Virus record (IMG/VR): IMGVR_UViG_3300017912_004409
Location: 1-64,000 of that record
Source: a virus
Taxonomy: Duplodnaviria > Caudoviricetes
Length of the DNA: 64,000 bases
Reading direction: 5' to 3' (one strand)
Position numbers and translations under genes: made by a program. The notes below the pieces were generated by a model that did not search any database, was not told the DNA's origin, and worked only from the letters and a program-made list of their open reading frames with translations. Positions 16,271 through 24,955 of this stretch are shown here, piece by piece. Within the stretch, counting starts at the first letter, position 1, and every line of letters begins with the position of its first letter.

Positions 16271-17038
16271 ATGTCTTCCCTTCTCAAGTTCAGCAAAGGC
16301 AACGCTAAACTCAGCAAGCGATTGATTTTCAATCTGCCATCTGGTTTCACTTGTCCTTTTGCAAAGTCTTGTCGAACATTTTCTGATCCTAAAACAGGAA
16401 AGATTACTGATGCCCAAAGGGGTGATGATCAAAATATCTTTCGTTGTTTTTCAGCTAGCTCTGAAGCTCGTTCGCCTTCTGCAAGAGCTTTACGTTGGCA
16501 CAACTACGATTTATTGCGTAAAGAGAATGTGTACTCCATGCGGGATCTAATTGTTCAATCAATTCTCGCTGCTGGCAAAATGTTTAGTTCAGAAGGACTG
16601 TGTCGCATCCATGAGTCTGGTGATTTCTTTAGTCAGGATTACATGCATGCTTGGTTCTTAGTTGCAACTCAGTTCCCCAATATGAAATTCTATGCTTATA
16701 CCAAAAGTTTGGATTATTGGTTTAATATGTATTGTCATATTCCTAGTAATTTATATTTAACTGCATCCCGTGGAGGTGCCTTAGATTATATGATTGATAA
16801 GTTTCCAGATATCTTTTATCGTTATTCTCAAGTTGTTTATACTCAGCAAGAAGCAGATAGTCTAGGTTTAGAAGTTGATCATGATGATAGTCATTGCTTT
16901 GTTAATAAACCATTCGCTTTACTTGTTCATGGCACTCAACCAGCTGGTTCAATAGCTTCTCAACATCTTGCTCGTCGTAAAAAACAAGGAGATTGGACAG
17001 GATATAAAAATAAAAGTTCTAAACTTGTTGCAAAATAA
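16271..17038 (+). CDS. GP88-like (radical-SAM-related) phage protein
   Basis: KGNAKL...FNLPSGFTCP...C...CF; RIHESGDFFSQDY; FYAYTKS. Confidence 0.7.
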   Translation: MSSLLKFSKGNAKLSKRLIFNLPSGFTCPFAKSCRTFSDPKTGKITDAQRGDDQNIFRCFSASSEARSPSARALRWHNYDLLRKENVYSMRDLIVQSILAAGKMFSSEGLCRIHESGDFFSQDYMHAWFLVATQFPNMKFYAYTKSLDYWFNMYCHIPSNLYLTASRGGALDYMIDKFPDIFYRYSQVVYTQQEADSLGLEVDHDDSHCFVNKPFALLVHGTQPAGSIASQHLARRKKQGDWTGYKNKSSKLVAK

Positions 17039-17127
17039 ATAAAATTAGTTACTATCTAAAGTGATTGGCTCCCCCCGAACCCCCCTGGGGGGAGTACCAA
17101 GAGAAAACCATTAGTGTTATCAACAAC

Positions 17128-17361
17128 ATGTCATATGTAATCACCTGCATTATTGATGGTGTTCCCCATGGTGTTAAAGCCAATCAATCTTTAAAGAAGT
17201 TTGAACTTATGCCAATTCATTCTGATACTGATGTTTCTAAAATTGTTTCACATCCACATAGAAATGGAATTAATGATCTATTAGACTGGATCAAACAAAA
17301 TGATGCTGAGTTGGCCAAACATGGCCTTAAGGTTAAAGATGAGCAACTCTACAGAAAATAG
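17128..17361 (+). CDS. Hypothetical protein
   Basis: ATG at 17128 (MSYVITCIIDG). Confidence 0.6.
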   Translation: MSYVITCIIDGVPHGVKANQSLKKFELMPIHSDTDVSKIVSHPHRNGINDLLDWIKQNDAELAKHGLKVKDEQLYRK

Positions 17362-19204
17362 TGTAAAACATTCTGTTTTTACTTCTGTTCCAACTAAAGG
17401 GAACTGGTTTGTTTTTGACCTTGAAACCAACGGGCTTTATAAAGATGTTAAAGAAATCTTTTGTTTGGTTATCTACGATATCATCAGAGACAAAACTATT
17501 GTTTATCGGCCTGATACTATTGTTGATGGTCTTAAACATTTGGCTACCGCTGATGTTTTAATAGGACACAATATATTGTTTTATGACATTCCAGTCATCA
17601 ATAAGCTCTATCCAAATGTTAGTTTAGAAAATATTCATATCATTGATACTCTTGTTTGCACAAGATTGATATGGCCTAAAGAAGAACTTGAAACTCTAGA
17701 TGAAGAAATTTATCCTGATGTCCCACCAAAATTTAAAGGTTCTGCATCTTTAAAAGCATGGGGTTATCGATTATCTGACAATAAAATTGACTTCAAAGAT
17801 TTTAGTTGCTGGTCTCCAGAGATGGAAACTTATTGTATTCAAGATGTTAATGTTACTAAAAAATTATTTGATCATATAAATGTAAAACAATATCCTCAAG
17901 CTTCATTGTATCTAGAACATCAATTTGCTATTGCAATAAGCAAACAAATTGTTTCTGGTTTTTCTTTTGATTTAGATGCTGCCTTAGATTTAGTTGATGT
18001 TTTAAATAACAAGAAAAAAGAATTAGAAGATCAGCTGCAACTTGCGTTTCCACCTATTGTCGAAGAAACTGTATTTGTTCCTAAAGTAAACAATAAAGCA
18101 AAAAACTATATTAAAGATGTACCTTTTACAAAGAAAAGAGAAATCAAATTTAATCCTGGATCCAGGCAACAAACTGTAGAAAGATTATTTCAAAAATATA
18201 ATTGGAGGCCTGAAGTTAAAACTAAAAAAGGAAATCCAATACTTAATGATGATGTTTTAGAATCTTTGCCATTTCCAGAAGCAAAACTTTTGGCTGAATA
18301 CCAATTAGTTAAAAAACGTTTGGGGCAAATCAATGAAGGCAACAATGCATGGACTAAATTAGTTTGCCCAGAAGATGGCAAGATACATGGTGATGTGATT
18401 ACAAATGGTTGTATTACAGGGCGCTGCGCTCATAGAAATCCTAATATGGGTCAAGTGCCAGCAGTCTACAGTTCGTACGGAAAAGAATGTAGATCTTTAT
18501 TTCATGCACCTAAAGATTATGTATTGATTGGTGTAGATGCTAAAGCTTTAGAGTTACGTTGTTTAGCTGGTTATTTATCTTATTGGGACAACGGCAAATA
18601 TGGATCTGTTGTAATAGATCCTGAACAAGATATTCATGTCTATAATCAAAAACTATTTAATGTTGAAACTAGAGACATAGCAAAAAGATTATTGTATGGA
18701 ATCTTGTATGGTTGTGGTGCATCCAAGGCAGGTTCAATTGTTGATCCCAATTGCAAAAATTTACAACAACAAAAACAACTAGGACGTAATGCTATTAATT
18801 CTTTTATGAAGGGCGTTCCAGCTTTACAAGAATTAAAAAATCAAATTGAAGTGTGTATTAATCAACGTGGTTATTTAATTGGATTAGATCGTAGACAATT
18901 ATTTTGTAGAGCTGCTTTCAAAGGATTAAATGTTTTATTGCAATCAGCTGGCGCAATTATTATGAAACAAGTTGTTGTAAATCTACATAAACAACTTGAA
19001 TCTTGTGGTCTTATTTATGACCAAGATTGGATGCAAGTTGCAATGATTCATGATGAAATTCAACTAGCATGCCGCCCAAATTGTCAAGAGATTGTTAAAG
19101 AACAAGCATTAAAAGCATTTCCGAAAGCTCAAGAGTTTTTTAAATTTGGTTGTTTAATCGAAGGAGATGCAAAAATCGGATATACTTGGCTCGACTGCCA
19201 TTAA
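17339..19204 (+). CDS. polA: Family A DNA polymerase with 3'-5' exonuclease (T7 gp5-like)
   Basis: Exo motifs FDLETNG, GHNILFYD, YCIQDV; motif A GVDAKALELR, motif B RDIAKRLLYGILYG (Tyr at the E. coli 762 position), motif C IHDE. Confidence 0.95.
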   Translation: MSNSTENSVKHSVFTSVPTKGNWFVFDLETNGLYKDVKEIFCLVIYDIIRDKTIVYRPDTIVDGLKHLATADVLIGHNILFYDIPVINKLYPNVSLENIHIIDTLVCTRLIWPKEELETLDEEIYPDVPPKFKGSASLKAWGYRLSDNKIDFKDFSCWSPEMETYCIQDVNVTKKLFDHINVKQYPQASLYLEHQFAIAISKQIVSGFSFDLDAALDLVDVLNNKKKELEDQLQLAFPPIVEETVFVPKVNNKAKNYIKDVPFTKKREIKFNPGSRQQTVERLFQKYNWRPEVKTKKGNPILNDDVLESLPFPEAKLLAEYQLVKKRLGQINEGNNAWTKLVCPEDGKIHGDVITNGCITGRCAHRNPNMGQVPAVYSSYGKECRSLFHAPKDYVLIGVDAKALELRCLAGYLSYWDNGKYGSVVIDPEQDIHVYNQKLFNVETRDIAKRLLYGILYGCGASKAGSIVDPNCKNLQQQKQLGRNAINSFMKGVPALQELKNQIEVCINQRGYLIGLDRRQLFCRAAFKGLNVLLQSAGAIIMKQVVVNLHKQLESCGLIYDQDWMQVAMIHDEIQLACRPNCQEIVKEQALKAFPKAQEFFKFGCLIEGDAKIGYTWLDCH

Positions 19205-19205
19205 T

Positions 19206-19278
19206 GCTTCCTTAGCTCAGTGGATAGAGCAACCGCCTTCTAAGCGGTTGGTCGTTGGTTCGAATCCAACAGGAAGCG
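19206..19278 (+). tRNA. tRNA-Arg(TCT), no encoded CCA
   Basis: GCTTCCT-TAGCTCAGTGGATAGAGC-A-ACCGC-CTTCTAA-GCGGT-TGGTC-GTTGG-TTCGAAT-CCAAC-AGGAAGC-G. Confidence 0.95.
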
Positions 19279-19283
19279 TTTGT

Positions 19284-19311
19284 CTGGGCATCTGAAAAGT
19301 GTAAGCCCCAG
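19284..19311 (+). ncRNA. Bulged-hairpin motif, family E copy 3
   Basis: CTGGG-CAT-CTGAAAA-GTG-TAAGC-CCCAG. Confidence 0.55.
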
Positions 19312-19332
19312 GTTGTTCTTTGTTTTCTAATC

Positions 19333-20112
19333 ATGGCTATTAATTCTTGTGATTTCAAACTACGTTTGGTAGATAAACCTAAACAAGTTTATATATCAGA
19401 AAGAAACTGTGCAGTTCAAGCAACTGCAATAATCCCTGCTCCTTATGATAAAGCAGTAAATACAGAAGTTAAATTAATTTATAGAGGTCCTCAAACTGCA
19501 AGAATACTTTCGTATGAACCTGGTAATTATTTGTTTGCTTGTGATACAACACTACGACATGAATATGACAAACTAACTAAAACAGATTCTTGGCGGTTGG
19601 TTACTTACAATCCCATTGAATTAGTAGATGAGAATTTTTGTCCATACAACAATGTAATTCTATTTGGAAGAATAGCTAAAGACATTGATCCAAACAATTC
19701 CATGGATCTTAAATATATTAATGATTTGATTATTTGTAATCGTCCAATCGTATGTAGTGTTGGTCCACAGCAGGGTGAATTTTTCAATATATTTGCAGTT
19801 ACTAAAGTGGATTCTCCTGGTTATAATCTTGCACAGAATCTAGCTGATCAATATACCAAAGGAACTAATGTTGTAATTAAAGGTACATTGGTAACTGATG
19901 GGTGGATTGATAAAAATACTAAAGAGCAAAGGACAAATACTAAAATCAAACTGTTAAGTATTAATAAAGCATATGTAAACAATGACAATAGTGCTGTCAA
20001 TGCTTATGTGAACAACAAGAAACAAGAGGCTGCATCTGAGCCGGTTACCATGACAGCAGGTACAATGCCTGCGTGGTCGCCCACCCAATCCAATGACGAG
20101 GTTCCTTTCTGA
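19333..20112 (+). CDS. ssb: Single-stranded DNA-binding protein, probably two OB folds
   Basis: NVILFGRIAKD...TKGTNVVIKGTLVTDGWIDKNTKEQR; acidic tail DEVPF. Confidence 0.75.
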   Translation: MAINSCDFKLRLVDKPKQVYISERNCAVQATAIIPAPYDKAVNTEVKLIYRGPQTARILSYEPGNYLFACDTTLRHEYDKLTKTDSWRLVTYNPIELVDENFCPYNNVILFGRIAKDIDPNNSMDLKYINDLIICNRPIVCSVGPQQGEFFNIFAVTKVDSPGYNLAQNLADQYTKGTNVVIKGTLVTDGWIDKNTKEQRTNTKIKLLSINKAYVNNDNSAVNAYVNNKKQEAASEPVTMTAGTMPAWSPTQSNDEVPF

Positions 20113-20297
20113 TGTCTGATTATCCGTTCACTTACCTCTATGAGGAAGATGAAAAAAAAGTCTATGTATCATGTGGTTCAGCAGATTTAACTATTGTTTT
20201 GCATAATTACATGGACTTTCTCAAAGCTGTTGGTTATGACTATATAGATATAGTCCAAGAGCTAAAAGTACTTGCTTTTGAAAAGGCGGCCAAGTAA
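20112..20297 (+). CDS. Hypothetical protein
   Basis: 61-aa ORF coupled to ssb. Confidence 0.6.
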   Translation: MSDYPFTYLYEEDEKKVYVSCGSADLTIVLHNYMDFLKAVGYDYIDIVQELKVLAFEKAAK

Positions 20298-20321
20298 TTC
20301 AGCTTTGTAACGATTGATTCA

Positions 20322-20351
20322 GGGACCTGGGATGTCCCAATAAAAGCACCA
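20322..20351 (+). ncRNA. PK-family element
   Basis: GGGAC-CTGGGAT-GTCCC-AATAAAAG-CACCA. Confidence 0.5.
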
Positions 20352-20377
20352 CTTAACATCTTTTGAACATCATTTAA

Positions 20378-21478
20378 ATGAAAACCAGCGAAGGTCTCAT
20401 TCCCGCAACCACTGGCAAAGCAATTGTCAAACGTACACCTCGTACTGTTGATAGCTTTGCTCATCTGGTAACACCAGAATACATTGGTCAGGCTCCCAAG
20501 CTTGGTCAAGTTATTGCTATCAATGCGCCTAGCGATGACAACTATCCTGCATCTAAATCTGGTTTCTTCTTATCAGAAGAACACTTTCTTAGTGCTGGAT
20601 GGAATTGTGGTTTAGATGAACTAGAAAAAGGTAGCTTTCTGCAGCCTTATGTTCAACAACTAGGTTCTTCTGAACACAAAGGTATTATGTTCTTGCGTCC
20701 ACGGATGCAGATTGTTTTTGAAACTGATGCTATCTTTGAAGAAAGAGAAGATAAAATCACAACTATTATTGGATCCGGAAATCGAAATGATAATGTAAAT
20801 GACCTCGGACGTGTAAACTATCTTTGGGAATATTACGACACCAATAAAAATAAAAAGGATCTAACAATTCGTTGTTGGTATTATTTCTACTTCATGACAA
20901 GTGAAGGTTATCGTGCTCACACTAATCCATTAATTCTTTCTATTAAAGGTGTTACCAATGCAACGTTTAGAGAAAATCTTAGAAGGTTTCGCGACGATAT
21001 GGCATCTTGCACAGCAATTGCTCATGGAGAAGCAAAGAAACCTGGAAACTTTGACGCCTTTGGTCAGTACATCTTCACCCCCAGCCTTGCATGTAAGAAA
21101 GTTGAAAACTCAACAAAGGCTTCCACAGCTGTTCAAGTTTTAGAATATGATCAACCTGTTTATTCAAGCAAAGAAGCTGCTATTGCTTCTTTGGATCTAA
21201 ATGTTATTCCAGATGAACTTATGAAGGTAACTAAGAAAGAACAATACGATGAGTTTGCAAGGGGATGTATTTCTCGTTATGGAGATCAGATATCACAATA
21301 TACACGCATGGCCCCAGGTGTTCAAATCACTCCTCTTCACATTGAGCCGCCGATGTTAAATGAAAACAATACGAATAAACTTTCTGGATCAGCCCCTACA
21401 TTACCTAGTCTTCCTGGAATTATTGATATTACAGATAAGAGAGATCCTAATACAGGAGAAGATTCAAGTCTCTTGTAA
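20378..21478 (+). CDS. Hypothetical protein, possibly DUF5895-like
   Basis: GIMFLRPRMQIV and PLILSIKG recall a cyanobacterial family often next to ssb (recollection only). Confidence 0.4.
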   Translation: MKTSEGLIPATTGKAIVKRTPRTVDSFAHLVTPEYIGQAPKLGQVIAINAPSDDNYPASKSGFFLSEEHFLSAGWNCGLDELEKGSFLQPYVQQLGSSEHKGIMFLRPRMQIVFETDAIFEEREDKITTIIGSGNRNDNVNDLGRVNYLWEYYDTNKNKKDLTIRCWYYFYFMTSEGYRAHTNPLILSIKGVTNATFRENLRRFRDDMASCTAIAHGEAKKPGNFDAFGQYIFTPSLACKKVENSTKASTAVQVLEYDQPVYSSKEAAIASLDLNVIPDELMKVTKKEQYDEFARGCISRYGDQISQYTRMAPGVQITPLHIEPPMLNENNTNKLSGSAPTLPSLPGIIDITDKRDPNTGEDSSLL

Positions 21479-21730
21479 TTAGATTTCAGGATTATCAAGC
21501 TCGCTATCTGGAATTTTTATATTCTTGGTAGCGAGCAATTCTTTTACTAATCCTCTAATACAACCTTGTCTTTGAGTAGCAAGCTGTAATAACAGCTCAG
21601 CATATTCTTTAACATTATTTATTGAACTTTCTTCTTTAATGGCTCGTGAGATTTTTTCTTTCCAAAAAAGATCACTTGTTGTTGGAGATAATTCTAGCTT
21701 TTTCAAAGAAGATTTAAATACAAATTCCAT
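21479..21730 (-). CDS. Possible divergent NblA-like protein
   Basis: LELSPTTSDLFWKEKISRAI...KEYAELLLQLATQRQGCIRGLVKE has NblA-like two-helix spacing. Confidence 0.35.
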   Translation of the reverse strand: MEFVFKSSLKKLELSPTTSDLFWKEKISRAIKEESSINNVKEYAELLLQLATQRQGCIRGLVKELLATKNIKIPDSELDNPEI

Positions 21731-21764
21731 AAATCCATTTGAGTTCTATTTAATCTATCACAAA

Positions 21765-21986
21765 ATGATTTCAATGAAACCCCATTCTTCTTCCACTAAA
21801 ATCAAAAAATCAATTAAGAAAACAATTCCTTTTGCTGTTCTTGGTACAGCTGTAGCTATTACTATAGGAAATCCAGTGGCATGGGGTGCTCTTGCTTTTG
21901 GTTTGTTTCGAATTACTAAGAGAAACTACAACAGCCTTGATCCCTATGATACGCTTGGCTCAGACGAACAAAGCCTCTTCATCTGA
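21765..21986 (+). CDS. Small membrane protein
   Basis: IPFAVLGTAVAITIGNPVAWGALAFGLF. Confidence 0.55.
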   Translation: MISMKPHSSSTKIKKSIKKTIPFAVLGTAVAITIGNPVAWGALAFGLFRITKRNYNSLDPYDTLGSDEQSLFI

Positions 21987-21990
21987 TCAT

Positions 21991-22018
21991 TGACCTGGGA
22001 AGTCATTAAACTCATCCG
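21991..22018 (+). ncRNA. PK-family element
   Basis: TGAC-CTGGGAA-GTCA-TTAAAC-TCATCCG. Confidence 0.6.
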
Positions 22019-22041
22019 CATTTCTTTTTGCAATTTTAATC

Positions 22042-23145
22042 ATGCTTTCTGTTCTTGGTAATCCAGCCAATGCTGCACAGTCTCTTATTTATGCTAAAAC
22101 AAATATAAGAAGAGCTTTTCCTGATTTTGATGATTCTAATATTTATAAAATGTATCTTACTAATACATTTTTAGGAGTTTTAAAAGATGATGGAGGAATT
22201 GAAGAAACATACGATAAAACCAAAGTAATAAATGCATTTAAAGAATTTACTACGCGTTGTCCTGATTTCTTTTCTTGTCTTGGTCCTGACTATTTAGGTT
22301 GTAGTTGGTGGCGTGATTGTTCTTATATAGTCTATAAGGGTTGGTATTATCAACATCAAAATTCAAAATCATCTATTGCTGCCCGTGCGCAGAAAATGCT
22401 TCATCAATATATTCGTAACAATATAAATTATATGCATGCAAAGTATTCTTGTAATTTAGACTTTGCTGACTTTTTAGAAAACACAACTGTTCGTGATGAC
22501 AATGGTGATGAACAAGAAACATCAATTGGTCATTTAGTCGCGCCACATGGATTTAAGTATCCTGGAGATACAGAAGAAAAACCCTTTAATCAAACATATT
22601 GCAATCCAGAACTCATTGCTGTACCAGGGCCTGATAAACCTTTTTGTTCTTGTGCTTCATTTCAATATCAACTTAAAAACCTAAGTTATTTTCAAGATGA
22701 AATTCCTGACTATCAACCAACGTGTAAACACTTAACTTGGTACAACAAACATATTGAGTATTACTGTAAACGCACTAAACTTGCAGAACAAATAAGAGCA
22801 GGAAAAGCTCCTAACAAAGCAGTGGCCTGGTGGTATGCTCCTCCTGGTAGTGATCTAGAACATACACTAGAAAAGCTTTCTATAGATCGACCACGGCACA
22901 TGAAGGGACAGGGAGACTTTGTAATGTTATATACCAATGATGCCATGGGGTCCAGTGCGCCCTATAAACTCTGGAAGCGGTACAAGCCTCAGGAGTTTTT
23001 TACACAGCATGATGTATGGGACTTGTTTGATCGCATGATTGACAATGGTTATTTACCATACGTAGGTAACAATCTTGGCCAGCTAAAACCTTCTAGTTTT
23101 TTTCCTCATCATTCTTGTCTTTTGAATCTTAAATCACATGTTTGA
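22042..23145 (+). CDS. SWIM zinc-finger protein
   Basis: FCSCASF...PTCKHL (CxC-x(n)-CxH). Confidence 0.65.
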   Translation: MLSVLGNPANAAQSLIYAKTNIRRAFPDFDDSNIYKMYLTNTFLGVLKDDGGIEETYDKTKVINAFKEFTTRCPDFFSCLGPDYLGCSWWRDCSYIVYKGWYYQHQNSKSSIAARAQKMLHQYIRNNINYMHAKYSCNLDFADFLENTTVRDDNGDEQETSIGHLVAPHGFKYPGDTEEKPFNQTYCNPELIAVPGPDKPFCSCASFQYQLKNLSYFQDEIPDYQPTCKHLTWYNKHIEYYCKRTKLAEQIRAGKAPNKAVAWWYAPPGSDLEHTLEKLSIDRPRHMKGQGDFVMLYTNDAMGSSAPYKLWKRYKPQEFFTQHDVWDLFDRMIDNGYLPYVGNNLGQLKPSSFFPHHSCLLNLKSHV

Positions 23146-23249
23146 ATTTCTTTCTGCAATAGTTGTTCCTATTATTCAAGAATTGTTTTTTGTAGCAACA
23201 ATAGTTGTTGCAAACAAACTTATCAAACAAATCTATTCTCATCTAAATC

Positions 23250-23909
23250 ATGTCAACTCTATTTGAGCTAATCGATGCAGAGCAGCGTGCCGAAAGGAGT
23301 CTTGGCTTTGCAGGCCAATCAGAAGCTCCATTACGTTCTGAACTCCTACGGGAGGCTGAACAGGAGCTTATGCAGAGCGCTGGCCTCCGAAGAGAAAAAG
23401 TTGATCGAATCTTTTTTATTAGAGAAAAATTTATTTATGGACTAAAAATACTAGAAGAAGAAAAAGAACGTTTGCTTCTTGCAATGCAACGTGCAAAGAA
23501 CGAATTAAAATCAATTGATGATATTCTTTATTTAGGTAGAAATAGAATTAGAAAAACTAAACTTGAAGGAAATAAATATGTTTTTAATTTTAGAAAAAAG
23601 CCAAAAACAACTGTATCAGTTGAGGAGGGTGCTTGGGAGCTATGGTCAGAAAAAGAACGTAATGAATTTTTAATTCAGGAGGAGGTTACCATTTTGCAAC
23701 GTAAACTGCTACGATCTATGTCAGGTGAGATCATTGATCGCACCGTTACTAAAAAAACCAAAACTCAAGTTTATCCGAATCTCGATGCAATCCGAAACGC
23801 AGACAAAACAGGCAATCCTCTTCCCGATGGAATCAAAGTCGTTCAAGAATACAGCATCAAAACAACAAGAGCTATCCCAGCAGGATCCTTGGAATCCAGC
23901 ATGGAATAG
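23250..23909 (+). CDS. Siphovirus Gp157/Gam-like coiled-coil protein
   Basis: EKVDRI...coiled coil...KLEGNKYVFNFRKKP; ending D.IR.A.K.G..LPDGIKVVQE.SI. Confidence 0.5.
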   Translation: MSTLFELIDAEQRAERSLGFAGQSEAPLRSELLREAEQELMQSAGLRREKVDRIFFIREKFIYGLKILEEEKERLLLAMQRAKNELKSIDDILYLGRNRIRKTKLEGNKYVFNFRKKPKTTVSVEEGAWELWSEKERNEFLIQEEVTILQRKLLRSMSGEIIDRTVTKKTKTQVYPNLDAIRNADKTGNPLPDGIKVVQEYSIKTTRAIPAGSLESSME

Positions 23910-23940
23910 ACAATATAAACATCCTGCAATTCCTACTGAA

Positions 23941-24258
23941 ATGTATTGGAAAATTTTACCTCCTAAAAACATTGAAGATGCAGAAGAGAAACAAGAAATT
24001 CATAACTATGCAATTAAAGACTGTGAGGTCCAGGTCCAAATTGTAGATACTGAAATATCAATTAAATTTGATCCTCTTGCTATTGAAGAATCAAATCTTT
24101 CAGCCAAGAAAGAAGAAGAGTATCTTCAGTGCCTTGATCGTAAAATTAAACTACTTAGGAAGAAACGTTTTCATTTGACTGCCGAGGGAGTTTACCGCTA
24201 CTATATACAAAAGGTAGGTAAAACAAGTGGACGAACATCTGTACAAACTTTTATATGA
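23941..24258 (+). CDS. Hypothetical protein, start uncertain
   Basis: Non-overlapping part of ORF 23725-24258. Confidence 0.5.
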   Translation: MYWKILPPKNIEDAEEKQEIHNYAIKDCEVQVQIVDTEISIKFDPLAIEESNLSAKKEEEYLQCLDRKIKLLRKKRFHLTAEGVYRYYIQKVGKTSGRTSVQTFI

Positions 24259-24505
24259 TTTTACTTGCGGGGGGACATCTCTCCCCGCTTTAACAGGAAC
24301 CAAACATGAAATGAGAGTAACCATTTTAGTGGCTGCTCTCATTTCTAATGAAAATGTTTGTTCTCAATCTGAACCAAGTGATTTAGTTGATGCTGCTATT
24401 GCTTACAACAAATTGATTGAAGAACGTTTGGGTTTTTATCAACAGAATCAAATGAATAATCTAGAAAATTTATTCAATAATGAAATAGCATCTAATGACG
24501 TATAA
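24227..24505 (+). CDS. Hypothetical protein
   Basis: 92-aa ORF. Confidence 0.6.
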   Translation: MDEHLYKLLYDFTCGGTSLPALTGTKHEMRVTILVAALISNENVCSQSEPSDLVDAAIAYNKLIEERLGFYQQNQMNNLENLFNNEIASNDV

Positions 24506-24527
24506 TTAATTCGACTATTTAATTGCC

Positions 24528-24716
24528 GTGTCAAACATTACAATCTCTATGTATCTTGAACTTGATGTTGATTACGATCCTTTTAAAGGACGTACTCCGC
24601 AACAAATAAGCGAATTAATTCAAGATAAATTAGATGATTTGCTTTTTGAAGCAGACAAAAATATAAAAGGGATCTATACTGACGTGACTAATGTTGTTTT
24701 GCTTGACGATGAATAA
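24528..24716 (+). CDS. Hypothetical protein
   Basis: 62-aa ORF. Confidence 0.55.
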   Translation: MSNITISMYLELDVDYDPFKGRTPQQISELIQDKLDDLLFEADKNIKGIYTDVTNVVLLDDE

Positions 24717-24933
24717 CTTAACAAGTTGGGATGTCAAAGAACAACAAAGACGTGCTGATTTCATGGACCATCTTTATGAGGTTTATAAGCCAGCTAATCA
24801 TTGCTTTACTGGACTTTGGCAAAAATTTTGTTTAGAAGAAGCTGGTCCTTATTGCAGAAACGAATACTTTGAACGTTTAAAATTTATAGAAAATTTTCAA
24901 AAAGAAATCGAAATGAGGGAGTTTGATAGGTAG
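24709..24933 (+). CDS. Hypothetical protein
   Basis: RRADFMDHLY..Y...FTGLWQKF, a small cyanophage-type protein. Confidence 0.6.
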   Translation: MNNLTSWDVKEQQRRADFMDHLYEVYKPANHCFTGLWQKFCLEEAGPYCRNEYFERLKFIENFQKEIEMREFDR

Positions 24934-24955
24934 AATACTACAAAGAAAAAAAATT

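Noticed and set aside
19279-19332. tRNA-associated theta (HDV-like) ribozyme after tRNA-Arg
   Set aside because: No nested double pseudoknot can be drawn; only the family E hairpin is present.
19255-19332. N-terminal extension of the SSB ORF in the track
   Set aside because: It overlaps tRNA-Arg and the family E hairpin; ATG at 19333 is more plausible.
23725-23940. Second long overlapping gene pair
   Set aside because: No coupling signal or protein-like motif supports the upstream extension; ATG at 23941 suffices, though the true start is uncertain.
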